From an uncultured Clostridia bacterium (GTDB taxonomy: Bacteria; Bacillota; Clostridia; TANB77; CAG-508), in NCBI GenBank assembly GCA_934167175.1, contig CAKPKF010000001.1, positions 57,804-121,803 on the forward strand: a stretch of DNA of 64,000 bases, in the 5' to 3' direction. Below the pieces are notes generated by a model. That model had not been told where the DNA came from. It did no database searches and worked only from the letters and a program-made list of their open reading frames with translations. This document shows positions 18,401-27,189 of this stretch, piece by piece. Numbering within the stretch: position 1 is the first letter of the stretch; each line of letters opens with the position of its first letter. The position numbers and the translations under genes are program-made.

Positions 18401-20324
18401 TAGTTCCATCCGCATAAGTTTTTATTATTTTTAATTTTCCTGTTGTTTTTTCTGGCGCTGGGTTTGCAAACTTGAATTCTTTAGTTGTATTTTTAGTAAT
18501 TGCTACAGTTTCCGTATCTGTTCTTAATGTATATCCTGTTGGTACACTTGTTTCTTTTATTGTATATGTTCCTACTGGTAACTCAACTGTTGTTGTTTCA
18601 CCATTTGCATCTGTTTCTAAATTTGCTACTGTTTGTCCTGCTGAAGATATTACAGCAAATTTTATTCCTTGTATAGCCCACTTATTTCCACTTGAATCTG
18701 TTTTTACTATTTTTAAGTTTCCTGTTTCTGTTGTTGGCGTTGGAGTCATTGGAACTTCAAATATAGCTTCAACAATGCTATCTTTTGGCTGTGGATCCAT
18801 AGCAATAAATCTTTGAGCTTTAAAATAATCACTATCTTCTTCGTTAAATTTATCCCCTCCTGCTTCAAATATTGGCACCATTATGACATTTCTTTTTTGT
18901 CTTACTTGTCTCACTTTGATACTAAGTGAAGTAATTCCTGTATCTGGCATATTATCTATTTTCATATATATCTTATCTTTTGGTTCTATATTTAATGCTT
19001 GAACTTCTTTTCTATCACATGCATTTGATTGTCCTTTTGAATCTGTCAAACTTGCCATAATCTCTATCTGTTCTTTAGTGAATGTTCTTTCTGTTCCATC
19101 ACCTTTCACTATTTTTGTTATCTTACTTGAATTAGCCAACAATGTATTACCATTGTATAGCCCTATTGAGTTTATGCTTCCAAATTCAGCATTTTTTACA
19201 AAATTAATACATATTGGCCCAACTATATATGATCCATTATCCTCTTTTATTTCTATAGCATCTGTATTTCTTAATGTTATTTTATTGCTTTCTTTTGTCG
19301 TTACAGCTGTTGTTTCGCAGTCAGCTGTAGTACTACTTGATTCTTTGAATTCATATTTAGTTTCTTTATTTCCTACTTTTTCTCCACTAGCAACAGAAAA
19401 TTCATTTAAACTTTTCAAATAATTTGCATATTTAGTTGCTGTTGCCTTTAAATTTTTACCTTCAGATACTATTTTATGTTTTGTTACTAGTGCATTTAGA
19501 GAATCATCACCTGTTCCAGTATAAGCCGTGTTTCCATTGTCCCAATTTTCTGGAGCATACAAATATATTTCATCTCCCAAGCTGCTTCCAGTAGCATCAT
19601 TATTCCCATCATCATCTTTATTTGCAGTACTCATTAACCACGTTCTCCAATAGGTCCAAAAGGCGTGTTGCCCTACATTCATAAATAATGATTTTCCAGA
19701 ATATCCATTATGACCTATTGATCCACTACTACCATGGTTTTTAAAATAAGTGAATGCATCGCTATTATCTTTTTCTAGTGCTGCTAGTTCGTCCTTGTTA
19801 TGTAACTTCTCGAATTTGGAATTTGAATACCAATTTGAATATCTATTACACATTATATATGCTAATATTCCGTTTTCTATTTTATTTGTTGAAGATTTCA
19901 TTATTGTATTCAATGAATTACTAGTATCCGTTGTTCTTTTAGTGTCTAATCCATCAAAAAGAGTTTTATACGATATTGTATATGAATTTGCTTTTAAACC
20001 AGATGGAGTATCTACTCCTAATTCTAAACAAAATATAGGATTTCTTCTTACCATATCCAATAAAAATACCACTTTATCTCCACGATCAGCATTATTTATT
20101 ATTTGAGTAAATTTAGTATATATTTTATGAGTTGCACCATTACTATCACTGTATGTTGCTGTATCACCATAACTTGCTGATTTGTACCATTTCAAGAAAG
20201 CACTTCTTGAGAAACTTGTTAATGTTGAATTTGCTGCATATGTTTTAACAAAAATCATCCCCAATATTACTACTAAGCATATTATCATCAACATGACTTT
20301 TTGTTTTAGTTTTCTTATTTTCAA
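15447..20324 (-). CDS. Giant surface adhesin C (1625 aa), a paralogue of A: putative thioester domain + 2 SpaA/Cna-B-type domains + SdrD-B-like domains + sorting-like signal
   Basis: TTG start with a GGAGG RBS. Signal peptide ...VKTYAAN. Thioester motifs IFCLELG and GQHAFW. Tandem units LKIVKTDSSGNKW.../LKIIKTYADGTKW... It is collinear with A (IVWLDRPGN...VEFEYNGQKYQS...). The C-terminus is TPETGD + hydrophobic helix + KKKT. Confidence 0.75.
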   Translation of the reverse strand: MKIRKLKQKVMLMIICLVVILGMIFVKTYAANSTLTSFSRSAFLKWYKSASYGDTATYSDSNGATHKIYTKFTQIINNADRGDKVVFLLDMVRRNPIFCLELGVDTPSGLKANSYTISYKTLFDGLDTKRTTDTSNSLNTIMKSSTNKIENGILAYIMCNRYSNWYSNSKFEKLHNKDELAALEKDNSDAFTYFKNHGSSGSIGHNGYSGKSLFMNVGQHAFWTYWRTWLMSTANKDDDGNNDATGSSLGDEIYLYAPENWDNGNTAYTGTGDDSLNALVTKHKIVSEGKNLKATATKYANYLKSLNEFSVASGEKVGNKETKYEFKESSSTTADCETTAVTTKESNKITLRNTDAIEIKEDNGSYIVGPICINFVKNAEFGSINSIGLYNGNTLLANSSKITKIVKGDGTERTFTKEQIEIMASLTDSKGQSNACDRKEVQALNIEPKDKIYMKIDNMPDTGITSLSIKVRQVRQKRNVIMVPIFEAGGDKFNEEDSDYFKAQRFIAMDPQPKDSIVEAIFEVPMTPTPTTETGNLKIVKTDSSGNKWAIQGIKFAVISSAGQTVANLETDANGETTTVELPVGTYTIKETSVPTGYTLRTDTETVAITKNTTKEFKFANPAPEKTTGKLKIIKTYADGTKWAIKGIKFEVISSTGQTVASLETDANGEATTGELEEGTYTIKEVSVPAGYTIRTSTDTVTVKRDTTVEHRFANPTSPTTKIAGIVWLDRPGNMGKETALDYVYNANVDQVVAGVTVKLQGGSKGTQTTKTDSSGRYEFDNVNTSELEDLYVEFEYNGQKYQSVPKLQKGVISNGSITYTSTDKYDTTVSKAEEGSNRTAYTEKYKTIDSNSGLTYTETTSGNQKISKVNYDSFPNITASTKLAGINFEPADMNQDGFRLNVNLGLKERPTTDFALFKDIYKASVTKVNDSGVEEEKGSQVYNKRSQNGYEGEWAKIVVDESLIYDTGNLISRNYKNSSGTFAGVQLYVDYILELENQSGVIGMPKDIVDYYDNSIFTVDSVSYARRSGTDYTATESVQYSVTNSELKIANTKSLRSGEKVYILVRQKLKDPEGTLGSLPNYNPDDETTRKTSINYAEIKSYYTDEGLIDFDSAPGNLKIGQGLLEDDEAKSPKFIIRLPDVKEVTPSITGTVWNDVLSATATGKNNATAKVGNGYNNPNDLDTDRNEKDNPRAGVEVKIEKEGGTWSETATTGTDGKYKFIPPEEGTYHVSYKIDDGQNYEATIFNAESIDTTDENWYKNTTNSATSMAKEDNARRNVINGEKEQSKSTTDEKKEIWANTPSFKLAKEYTEDMNDPDVKEYNIDFGVARRPESRLTVSVYIDSIKVIASDKVTVISDSKDLIMDSTKSGKGLKYVAGDIDGYKKRKGTESKDTTYDLEISDSALTNSSVIVVYKAIVRNTGDTDFTGEADNYSERYERDSNGAYIAKGDVVTTAINELAVYIPNSLIFDKENSDQGWKEVGKDDFKNSVKDEVINSLSNNSIIITDGESNIKKPLIPDQEEEAKFQVSKVIDPVTINSGDINLTTSTEATKTENDVGKTLTGINLGDMEPKLEDGRVNLRDSAEDDIELVLTPETGDKRIPYVIAIAGLTILAVGIIIIKKKT
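18177..18722 (-). repeat. In-frame tandem duplication (period 282 nt) encoding two SpaA/Cna-B-type domains in adhesin C
   Basis: GNLKIVKTDSSGNKWAIQGIKFAVISSAGQTVANLETDANGE...FKFANP is followed by GKLKIIKTYADGTKWAIKGIKFEVISSTGQTVASLETDANGE...HRFANP. The unit starts map to 18722 and 18440. Confidence 0.75.
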
Positions 20325-20343
20325 AACTCTCCCTCCTTTCTTA

Positions 20344-23300
20344 TTAGCTTTTTTTCTTTATTAAATATATACTAACTGCACTTATTGTTAATAATGCTAT
20401 TGTTAATCCTATATATAATATTGATCTACCTGTCTTTATTCCTAATATTACATCGGCTTTACTATAATCATCTTCTGTTATAACATTATTTCCTGGTCTA
20501 GAATCTATATCTACTACACCTAGTTCATTATATGCATCATCTATTTCTGCTCTATTATTTATTATTCCTGTATTAGAGTCTGTTGTTGCTTTTGTTACTA
20601 TTAATGTAATTTCTGCAGTTTCACCTGGTGCTATTTTTCTATTAGCTAAACTTGCGCTATATGCTACTCCATCTTCTAAATACCACTCATTGTTTAACTC
20701 TGCATTAAATTTAACATCTTCTGGTAAATAGTCTGCAATATTAGTTACATATCCATCTAATTCTCCTTCGTTTGTAACTCTAATTTTATATTCTATTATT
20801 ACATTAGTGTTGTTTATATATTTTCTGTCTAACTCTATTTTAGCTAATGTTGCATCTCCATAATTATATGTTTTTGTACCTTTTTTATTTTGAACTATTA
20901 TTCTGTTTACAAACTTATCTAGTTTTAAATCAAATTTTGCTTGTTTTATTAATCCAATATCTATATTAGATATATTAGAATTTTCTACTATTAAATCACC
21001 AGATGATGGAATTTTGAATGCTTGTCCATCAGATATATATTCTCTTAAATATATATCTGAGTTTAGATTTTCATCTACACCTTTTTTGTTATTAACAGTT
21101 AGTCTATACATACTTTCATCTAAACCAACTATTACTATATATTTTCCTTTAGGAAGTCCTGTAAATACATACTTTCCATTTTCATCTGTTTCACTTATTT
21201 GAATGTCGCTATTTTTATTTTTAACAAACTCTAATGTTTCAGCATTAATTAACCCTACTAAAACATCTGGTATTACTCTTTCTTCTGGATCTCTCATTCC
21301 ATTTTCGTTTTCATCTTCCCATGCTATACCACTTATTTTATATACTTTATTTCCACTTGGATCATAATCACTTGGATCATCTTCAATTTGTATTGTATGT
21401 ATTATTTTATTTGATTGAATAGTTTTCCCCATTACATTTGATGTAATACTACCCTGATTTTCTAAAGTAGTATTACTTATATCTTTTTTTTCTCTCACTT
21501 TAGCAGTTATAACTATTTCTATACTTTCATTTTGTTTTAATTCAATTGATTTTATTATTCCATTGTTTGTCATCTCTATTGATTCTGAACCACATTTTGC
21601 ATCTATTACTTGCAAATCATTTGAAACATTATCAGTAAAAACAAGATCATTTACATCTATAGAGCTTTTATTTTCAATAACAAATTTATATTGTAATTCA
21701 TCTTGTGGCTTTATGTATTCTGATGTTACACTTGCAGTTTGTTTAATTGTTAAATTAATTTGCTTTACTAATGTCTCTATTCTATTTGATTTATATATAT
21801 TATTTTTTATTTGCGCTGTAGCATATAAACCTGCTCTTTTTTCACTTATATCTTCACTTGCTTTTACTTTAGCTACTAATGTAATAAATGTTTGTTCTTC
21901 ATTTTCTAATTTTTCTATAACATATACTGCTTTATTTCCCTCAAGTTTTCCTAATGAACTATATTCTTCTCCATCACTTATTCCACATTTATAATATTCT
22001 AGTTCATCTGGAATATTTATTTCCACTTTAATATTCTCTAATTTTTGATTGGTAATATTTTTAACTCTAATATCATATGAAACTGATTCTCCTGTTACCT
22101 TGTAATCATATACCTCTGAGCGTGGTTTTATTGTAACTCTTACTTCTCCATATTTAGCTAAAATATTTAGCTCATTTGATGTTATTTCTTCATCGCTACC
22201 TAATTCTCCACTTGCTGTTGCTTTATTTTTTATTGTAACATTTTCGTTTTCATTTGAAATTGTATTTACCCTTACTTCATATTCATATTCTTTGCTTTCT
22301 CCTTGTAATATTTCTTCTATAGTATTAGATTGCTCTTTAATCTCTGAATTTTCCAAGTAGTCTTCTGATGATATTATTGCATTAGGAGATTTATATACAT
22401 AGGTTGTACCTGTTGGTATTGGTGATTTTATTTGAACATTTGTTGCCTTTTCTGTTCCATTGTTTGTTGCTTTTACCTTATATTTTATAATTTCTCCTGC
22501 ATATACTTGTGCATTATCTTTTAATTCTTCTCCTGCTCTTGTTGCTATTAATTCTAGCTTTACATCTGGTCCTTTATTTGTTGCTATTCCAATTGGAGTT
22601 GATATTATTTGGCTTTGTGCATTATTCATTGTGTAATTTACAACATACATTGCATATGATGTTTGATTTTTTTCTAAGTTTGCTGGAATGTTTACTTCAT
22701 AATTAAAAGTAATTGTATCTGACTTCAAGAATGTATAATCTTTTAATACTATTAAATATGATTTTATGTTTGTAAAATCAGTAATTCCTGTTTTCCAATT
22801 ATTATTAACATTTTCTATATCATTTGTCGCTTCTCCATTATCTGAATAATAAATTACTACATTTTCTGAATTCAATTTTGATACAGAGATTGCTGTTTTT
22901 ATTGTTGTATCAAAGTTGCTTCCTAAGCTTTCGCCTGTTTTTATGTTTTTATTATCTTTAAATGGTATTCTTCCTAATATGTTTACATTATTTATGTCTG
23001 CTCCTGTATTATTTACTACTGTTCCTGTTATCTTTCCAGACTGAATTTCTGAATTTGCTTCTACAACTCCTGTTTGTGTTTCTCCCAATAGTGTTGTTAT
23101 ATTTTCATTATTGATTCCAAGATTATCTATTGTTAATACTCCTGCTGGTGCTTCAAGTTTCACATTTACTTCTGAATAACCTATCTGTTCATTATTTTCA
23201 TACATATTTACATTTTCATTCGCATAGTTCATTTTTATAGTTTCTTCTTTTGAGGGAGTATATTTATTTAAAACTATGTCTGTATTTATTACTATATTAG

Positions 23301-25206
23301 AATTGTTTTGTAAATCATAATCTAATTGTTCTCCTACAGTATTTATTTCTAATATTAAATTTTCATTTTCATTTTTATATAAATCATAGCTTTCAACACT
23401 TAGCCATTCAGCATTTGATAATGAAATATCTTTTATGTTTATTTCTTCTACTTCTTTTGGTAATTCTACTAATATTTTAGGATTTTTATATAAATCGTAT
23501 TTTGTTTTGCTATTCTCTAATGTTACTCTAAATTCAATATTTTCATTATTTCTTATAGTTGTTAAATTATTTTTATTCATTGTTATATTTGCTTTTGTCA
23601 ATGTCTCTTCAAAATTTAAAACTGTTTCTGTATCATTTCCATTTTCTACTCTTGATTTGATTATTAGACCTTTAACATTTTTCAAATTTTCTTTATCATA
23701 TGGTAAATCACATTTTATTGCTTTTGTATTTATTATTTTAAGTCTTCCTTCTGTTTGTGGTTTAGATGTTACTACCTTTATTGCATTAGTTGATTTATCT
23801 ATATAATTTACTACAAAATCATTTTTTTCATCTGCTAAAGTGTTTTTATCAATTGTTGAAATTAATTCATTTTTATTATTATATATTTGTATAAATCCAT
23901 CCACACCTAAAATTCTTTCAAAATTCTCTTTTGATATTTTGGTTGATTTATAATATGTATTTTCCTCATTATTATCTACTTCATCATTTTTTAATATGAA
24001 TTTGTCTGGTTCGCTATATATTGAAATTCCACTTACAATATTGCTATAACTGATATCTGTTGACAATAATGTTTTATATTCTGTTTCGTTATCTTTATTT
24101 AGATATATGTATCCTTTAGTCACTGATTTTGTTGATGTTATGTTTGTATCAACAATACTTCCTATTATATCTTTTAACTCAATTTCATCTTCTATTTTTT
24201 GTTCATATATTTGTGTATTTTTCTGATATACCTCTACTTTGCTTTGCTCTTTTAATTTAATTTTTATATCATCATTTACTCCATCAAATATATCTTCATT
24301 ATATATATATGTTACAACAAATTGGTCTGTACTATTTTTCTTCCATGATACATTATCATTTTCATCTGCACTATTTTCTGCAATTATGTCTATTGTATTT
24401 TTTTCTTTTTCATAGTTATAAGTCATTTCAGTTTCTTTTCCATTTGTTGCTTTTGTTGAATTTGCTCTTATTTTTACATCTACTGGTTGTTTTCCATTTA
24501 TATTAGGAACTTCTATTTGAATATTTGTTGATTTTGTTGGTAATATATTAGATTCTACACTTGAATTTATGTATTCTTCTATTAATAACATCTTTTCTCC
24601 ATTAAGTTCATATGGAATGTATTTTGAAATATAGTGATTTAATGTTGGATTAACTTGTGCTGTCCAATTTACTCTTCTGTTTACTTCTTTTTCAATTTGT
24701 TTTTCCTTTCCATTTTCTCTTACTAATGTTCCTGAAAAGAATACTTTAAAGTCTGCATCTAAATTTTTTAAATTATAGGTTTCTTTTTTATTAGCTTTGA
24801 ATGATATTCCTATTTCTCTTGCTGCATTTTTATTTACTTGATCCAATTCAATTATGTTTTTATTTATATTTTTAACACCATCTGTATTTTCTTTTACTAG
24901 ATCAATATTAACTTCACTTCCATCTACAGAATTTCTTATTTCTATTTTAGGATTTTCAATATACCCTTCTTTTGCATTTATATAGAAAAATATACTTTCT
25001 GTATCATTAATATCACTTGTTACCTCATATGCTTTTTTATTATCAACTTTAAAATACGAATCAAATTCTACGTTTGAATCGTTAGTTTCTAACTCTGAAC
25101 CAGCATAACTCTCAGATGTATAGATTCCAAGAAGTAATACATTCGCCAAGGTTAATGTGATTATTAATGCCGTCGCAATTATTTTGTTAAAAATTTTTTC
25201 ACCCAT
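20344..25206 (-). CDS. Giant surface protein D (1620 aa), a paralogue of B: signal peptide, DUF11-type repeat domains, SdrD-B-like domain, C-terminal anchor
   Basis: GAGGAG RBS. Signal peptide ...SESYAGSE. DUF11-like units (IIKYKVKATNNGTEKATNVQIKSPIPTGT, VSYDIRVKNITNQKLENIKVEINIPDEL, LQYKFVIENKSSIDVNDLVFTDNV). IAWEDENENGMRDPEE. DIDSRPGNN..EDD. The C-terminus is GIKTGR + TM + KKKS. Confidence 0.75.
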   Translation of the reverse strand: MGEKIFNKIIATALIITLTLANVLLLGIYTSESYAGSELETNDSNVEFDSYFKVDNKKAYEVTSDINDTESIFFYINAKEGYIENPKIEIRNSVDGSEVNIDLVKENTDGVKNINKNIIELDQVNKNAAREIGISFKANKKETYNLKNLDADFKVFFSGTLVRENGKEKQIEKEVNRRVNWTAQVNPTLNHYISKYIPYELNGEKMLLIEEYINSSVESNILPTKSTNIQIEVPNINGKQPVDVKIRANSTKATNGKETEMTYNYEKEKNTIDIIAENSADENDNVSWKKNSTDQFVVTYIYNEDIFDGVNDDIKIKLKEQSKVEVYQKNTQIYEQKIEDEIELKDIIGSIVDTNITSTKSVTKGYIYLNKDNETEYKTLLSTDISYSNIVSGISIYSEPDKFILKNDEVDNNEENTYYKSTKISKENFERILGVDGFIQIYNNKNELISTIDKNTLADEKNDFVVNYIDKSTNAIKVVTSKPQTEGRLKIINTKAIKCDLPYDKENLKNVKGLIIKSRVENGNDTETVLNFEETLTKANITMNKNNLTTIRNNENIEFRVTLENSKTKYDLYKNPKILVELPKEVEEINIKDISLSNAEWLSVESYDLYKNENENLILEINTVGEQLDYDLQNNSNIVINTDIVLNKYTPSKEETIKMNYANENVNMYENNEQIGYSEVNVKLEAPAGVLTIDNLGINNENITTLLGETQTGVVEANSEIQSGKITGTVVNNTGADINNVNILGRIPFKDNKNIKTGESLGSNFDTTIKTAISVSKLNSENVVIYYSDNGEATNDIENVNNNWKTGITDFTNIKSYLIVLKDYTFLKSDTITFNYEVNIPANLEKNQTSYAMYVVNYTMNNAQSQIISTPIGIATNKGPDVKLELIATRAGEELKDNAQVYAGEIIKYKVKATNNGTEKATNVQIKSPIPTGTTYVYKSPNAIISSEDYLENSEIKEQSNTIEEILQGESKEYEYEVRVNTISNENENVTIKNKATASGELGSDEEITSNELNILAKYGEVRVTIKPRSEVYDYKVTGESVSYDIRVKNITNQKLENIKVEINIPDELEYYKCGISDGEEYSSLGKLEGNKAVYVIEKLENEEQTFITLVAKVKASEDISEKRAGLYATAQIKNNIYKSNRIETLVKQINLTIKQTASVTSEYIKPQDELQYKFVIENKSSIDVNDLVFTDNVSNDLQVIDAKCGSESIEMTNNGIIKSIELKQNESIEIVITAKVREKKDISNTTLENQGSITSNVMGKTIQSNKIIHTIQIEDDPSDYDPSGNKVYKISGIAWEDENENGMRDPEERVIPDVLVGLINAETLEFVKNKNSDIQISETDENGKYVFTGLPKGKYIVIVGLDESMYRLTVNNKKGVDENLNSDIYLREYISDGQAFKIPSSGDLIVENSNISNIDIGLIKQAKFDLKLDKFVNRIIVQNKKGTKTYNYGDATLAKIELDRKYINNTNVIIEYKIRVTNEGELDGYVTNIADYLPEDVKFNAELNNEWYLEDGVAYSASLANRKIAPGETAEITLIVTKATTDSNTGIINNRAEIDDAYNELGVVDIDSRPGNNVITEDDYSKADVILGIKTGRSILYIGLTIALLTISAVSIYLIKKKS

Positions 25207-25613
25207 AATTTTTCTCCTCTTCTTCTTTCTGTATAAAAGATTTTATTAATTAATTATATTTTACATATTTTTTTATTTCTTTCAATAGCAGTTTTTTCTA
25301 ATATATACTAAGCTTTCTTTTTCCCTTTACGGAAACTATTTATAGGTTTTTTATTAAAATTTAATAACATTTTTGTTACAATTATTATACTTTTTTTATA
25401 TTGTTTGCTTTATATAATTCATTTTCTTTATGTTTCCGTAGGATTACTTAAAACTTTATATCTTTCTAATTCAAAATATCCACCACTTTCATTATTCTTT
25501 TTTTTAATTATCACTCTTTTATAAAAAAATCATATTATATATTGTACAATATGATTTTTTTAAACACATATTTTGCATAACTAAACATATATTTTACATA
25601 GGAGGGTGATTTT

Positions 25614-25775
25614 GTGAATAATACAAATAATATAGATATGGGAAAACTTATGGCTATGCTTTCTAAAATGGACAAAAAGCAACTAGAAACTGGTCTAAAA
25701 CAGGCTAGTCAAATTCTTTCTTCTAATGATAAATCTAAAATTATTGATGAATTAAATAAAAATCTAAAAAAATAG
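25614..25775 (+). CDS. Small hypothetical protein (53 aa), first of three co-directional small genes
   Basis: GTG start 6 nt after AGGAGGG. Below the ORF-track size cutoff. It ends 15 nt before the next gene's start (25791); the AGAGGGAGG RBS sits in that gap. Confidence 0.4.
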   Translation: MNNTNNIDMGKLMAMLSKMDKKQLETGLKQASQILSSNDKSKIIDELNKNLKK

Positions 25776-25790
25776 AGGGAGGAATTTTTA

Positions 25791-26243
25791 ATGAATGAAG
25801 ATATGTCTAAAATAATGGAAGATTTCAAGGATATACTAAGCAATAAAGAAAACCAAGCAAAATTTAATGATATTATAAACAACTTTTCTAATTCTGCTAG
25901 TGCATCCGATTCTACTAATTCTACTGGCAAAAACATATCTTCTAACTTAAATTTTAATCCTGAAATGTTATCTAATTTCTCAAAATTGTTCAACAATTCT
26001 AATGATGGTGATAACAATAACTCTTCAAGTTTCAATATTGATATTAATACGATATTAAAACTAAAAGAAATTATGGAAAAAATGAATAGCCCTAAAAATG
26101 ATCCAAGATCAAATTTATTATTATCTCTTAAACCTTATTTAAAGCCTAGTCGAAAAGCTAAAGTAGATCAGTACATCCAACTATTAAATATGAGTAAAGT
26201 CATAGAACTTTTTGAAAATACTGGTGGTGAGACGAAAAAATGA
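25791..26243 (+). CDS. Hypothetical protein (150 aa), low-complexity N/S-rich centre and conserved-looking C-terminus
   Basis: AGAGGGAGG RBS. The C-terminal segment is LLLSLKPYLKPSRKAKVDQYIQLLNMSKVIELF. I could not recognise a family. Confidence 0.55.
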   Translation: MNEDMSKIMEDFKDILSNKENQAKFNDIINNFSNSASASDSTNSTGKNISSNLNFNPEMLSNFSKLFNNSNDGDNNNSSSFNIDINTILKLKEIMEKMNSPKNDPRSNLLLSLKPYLKPSRKAKVDQYIQLLNMSKVIELFENTGGETKK

Positions 26244-26563
26244 TTCACAATTTTCCATATACAAGTTCTCGTTATTCAAGAATTTATAATTATTATCCTA
26301 GTGCTAACTCATATTATATGAAATCTGTTCCAAAATGTTCAACAAAAAAAAATAAGCCTTCTGATATAAAAGACTCATTTAATAAGAATAATATTTTTTC
26401 TAACATACATTCCGAAACTGAAAAATTGGATTATTTTGAGTTTTTTGGAATAAAACTTTTTTTTGATGATATATTGTTAATTTTTTTAATTTTATTCTTA
26501 TATAACGAAGGAATAAAAGATCAATACTTGTTTATTGCATTAATTCTTTTACTCCTTAGCTAA
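26240..26563 (+). CDS. Hypothetical small membrane protein (107 aa)
   Basis: ATGA start/stop overlap with the preceding gene, implying translational coupling. C-terminal TM segment LIFLILFLYN...FIALILLLLS. Confidence 0.45.
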   Translation: MIHNFPYTSSRYSRIYNYYPSANSYYMKSVPKCSTKKNKPSDIKDSFNKNNIFSNIHSETEKLDYFEFFGIKLFFDDILLIFLILFLYNEGIKDQYLFIALILLLLS

Positions 26564-26565
26564 TT

Positions 26566-27180
26566 TTATTCTGTTATTACTATTTGGTCACAAAATGCAT
26601 ATGCATATTTTTTCCCTTTATCTTCTTTAGTTAATTCTTTTATTATATTAGCAATTCTAACTTGAGGTGCTTCCATTGAAACTGTTGCTATTATTGCTTC
26701 TTTGTTTCCCTTTGCTCCTGCATGTGCTAAGCCCCTTAGAGCACCAACAACTGCTATATTTCCTCCAGCAATTACTTCTGCACCTGCATTTACATCACCT
26801 ATTATAACAATACTTCCTTCAAATTCAACTCTTTGCCCAGACCTTAAAGCACATTTATAATATTTAGTTTCTGAAACTTTTATTTCTTTATTATATGTTT
26901 TTTTTATGCTAGATAAACCTAAACCTTCTGGCGTTTCAAATTTAACTTCTACATCTTTTTCTTTTTTTATTATATCTTTTATTTCTTGAATCTCTGTGTT
27001 TTTTAGTATTTTACCTCCAATTAATATAGGAATACTTTCATTTTCACATAACTTTTTTAGTTCTGCAATTTTTTTATTTAACCCTTCTATAACTTCTTTA
27101 TGTGTTGCATTATCTGATATTTTTATTGTAATTTCATTTGTTCCCATAGATATATTTATACAATTTTTCATATTATACAT
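26566..27180 (-). CDS. minC: Septum site-determining protein MinC
   Basis: C-terminal beta-helix signature GDVNAGAEVIAGGNIAVVGALRGLAHAG. It sits directly downstream of mreBCD-PBP2. Confidence 0.85.
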   Translation of the reverse strand: MYNMKNCINISMGTNEITIKISDNATHKEVIEGLNKKIAELKKLCENESIPILIGGKILKNTEIQEIKDIIKKEKDVEVKFETPEGLGLSSIKKTYNKEIKVSETKYYKCALRSGQRVEFEGSIVIIGDVNAGAEVIAGGNIAVVGALRGLAHAGAKGNKEAIIATVSMEAPQVRIANIIKELTKEDKGKKYAYAFCDQIVITE

Positions 27181-27189
27181 CCTCTCTTT

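Noticed and set aside
6438-25206. The adhesin cluster considered as a mobile genomic island
   Set aside because: No integrase, transposase, flanking direct repeats or adjacent tRNA were seen, and the composition looks like the rest of the window. Only the broken mre-min synteny hints at rearrangement.
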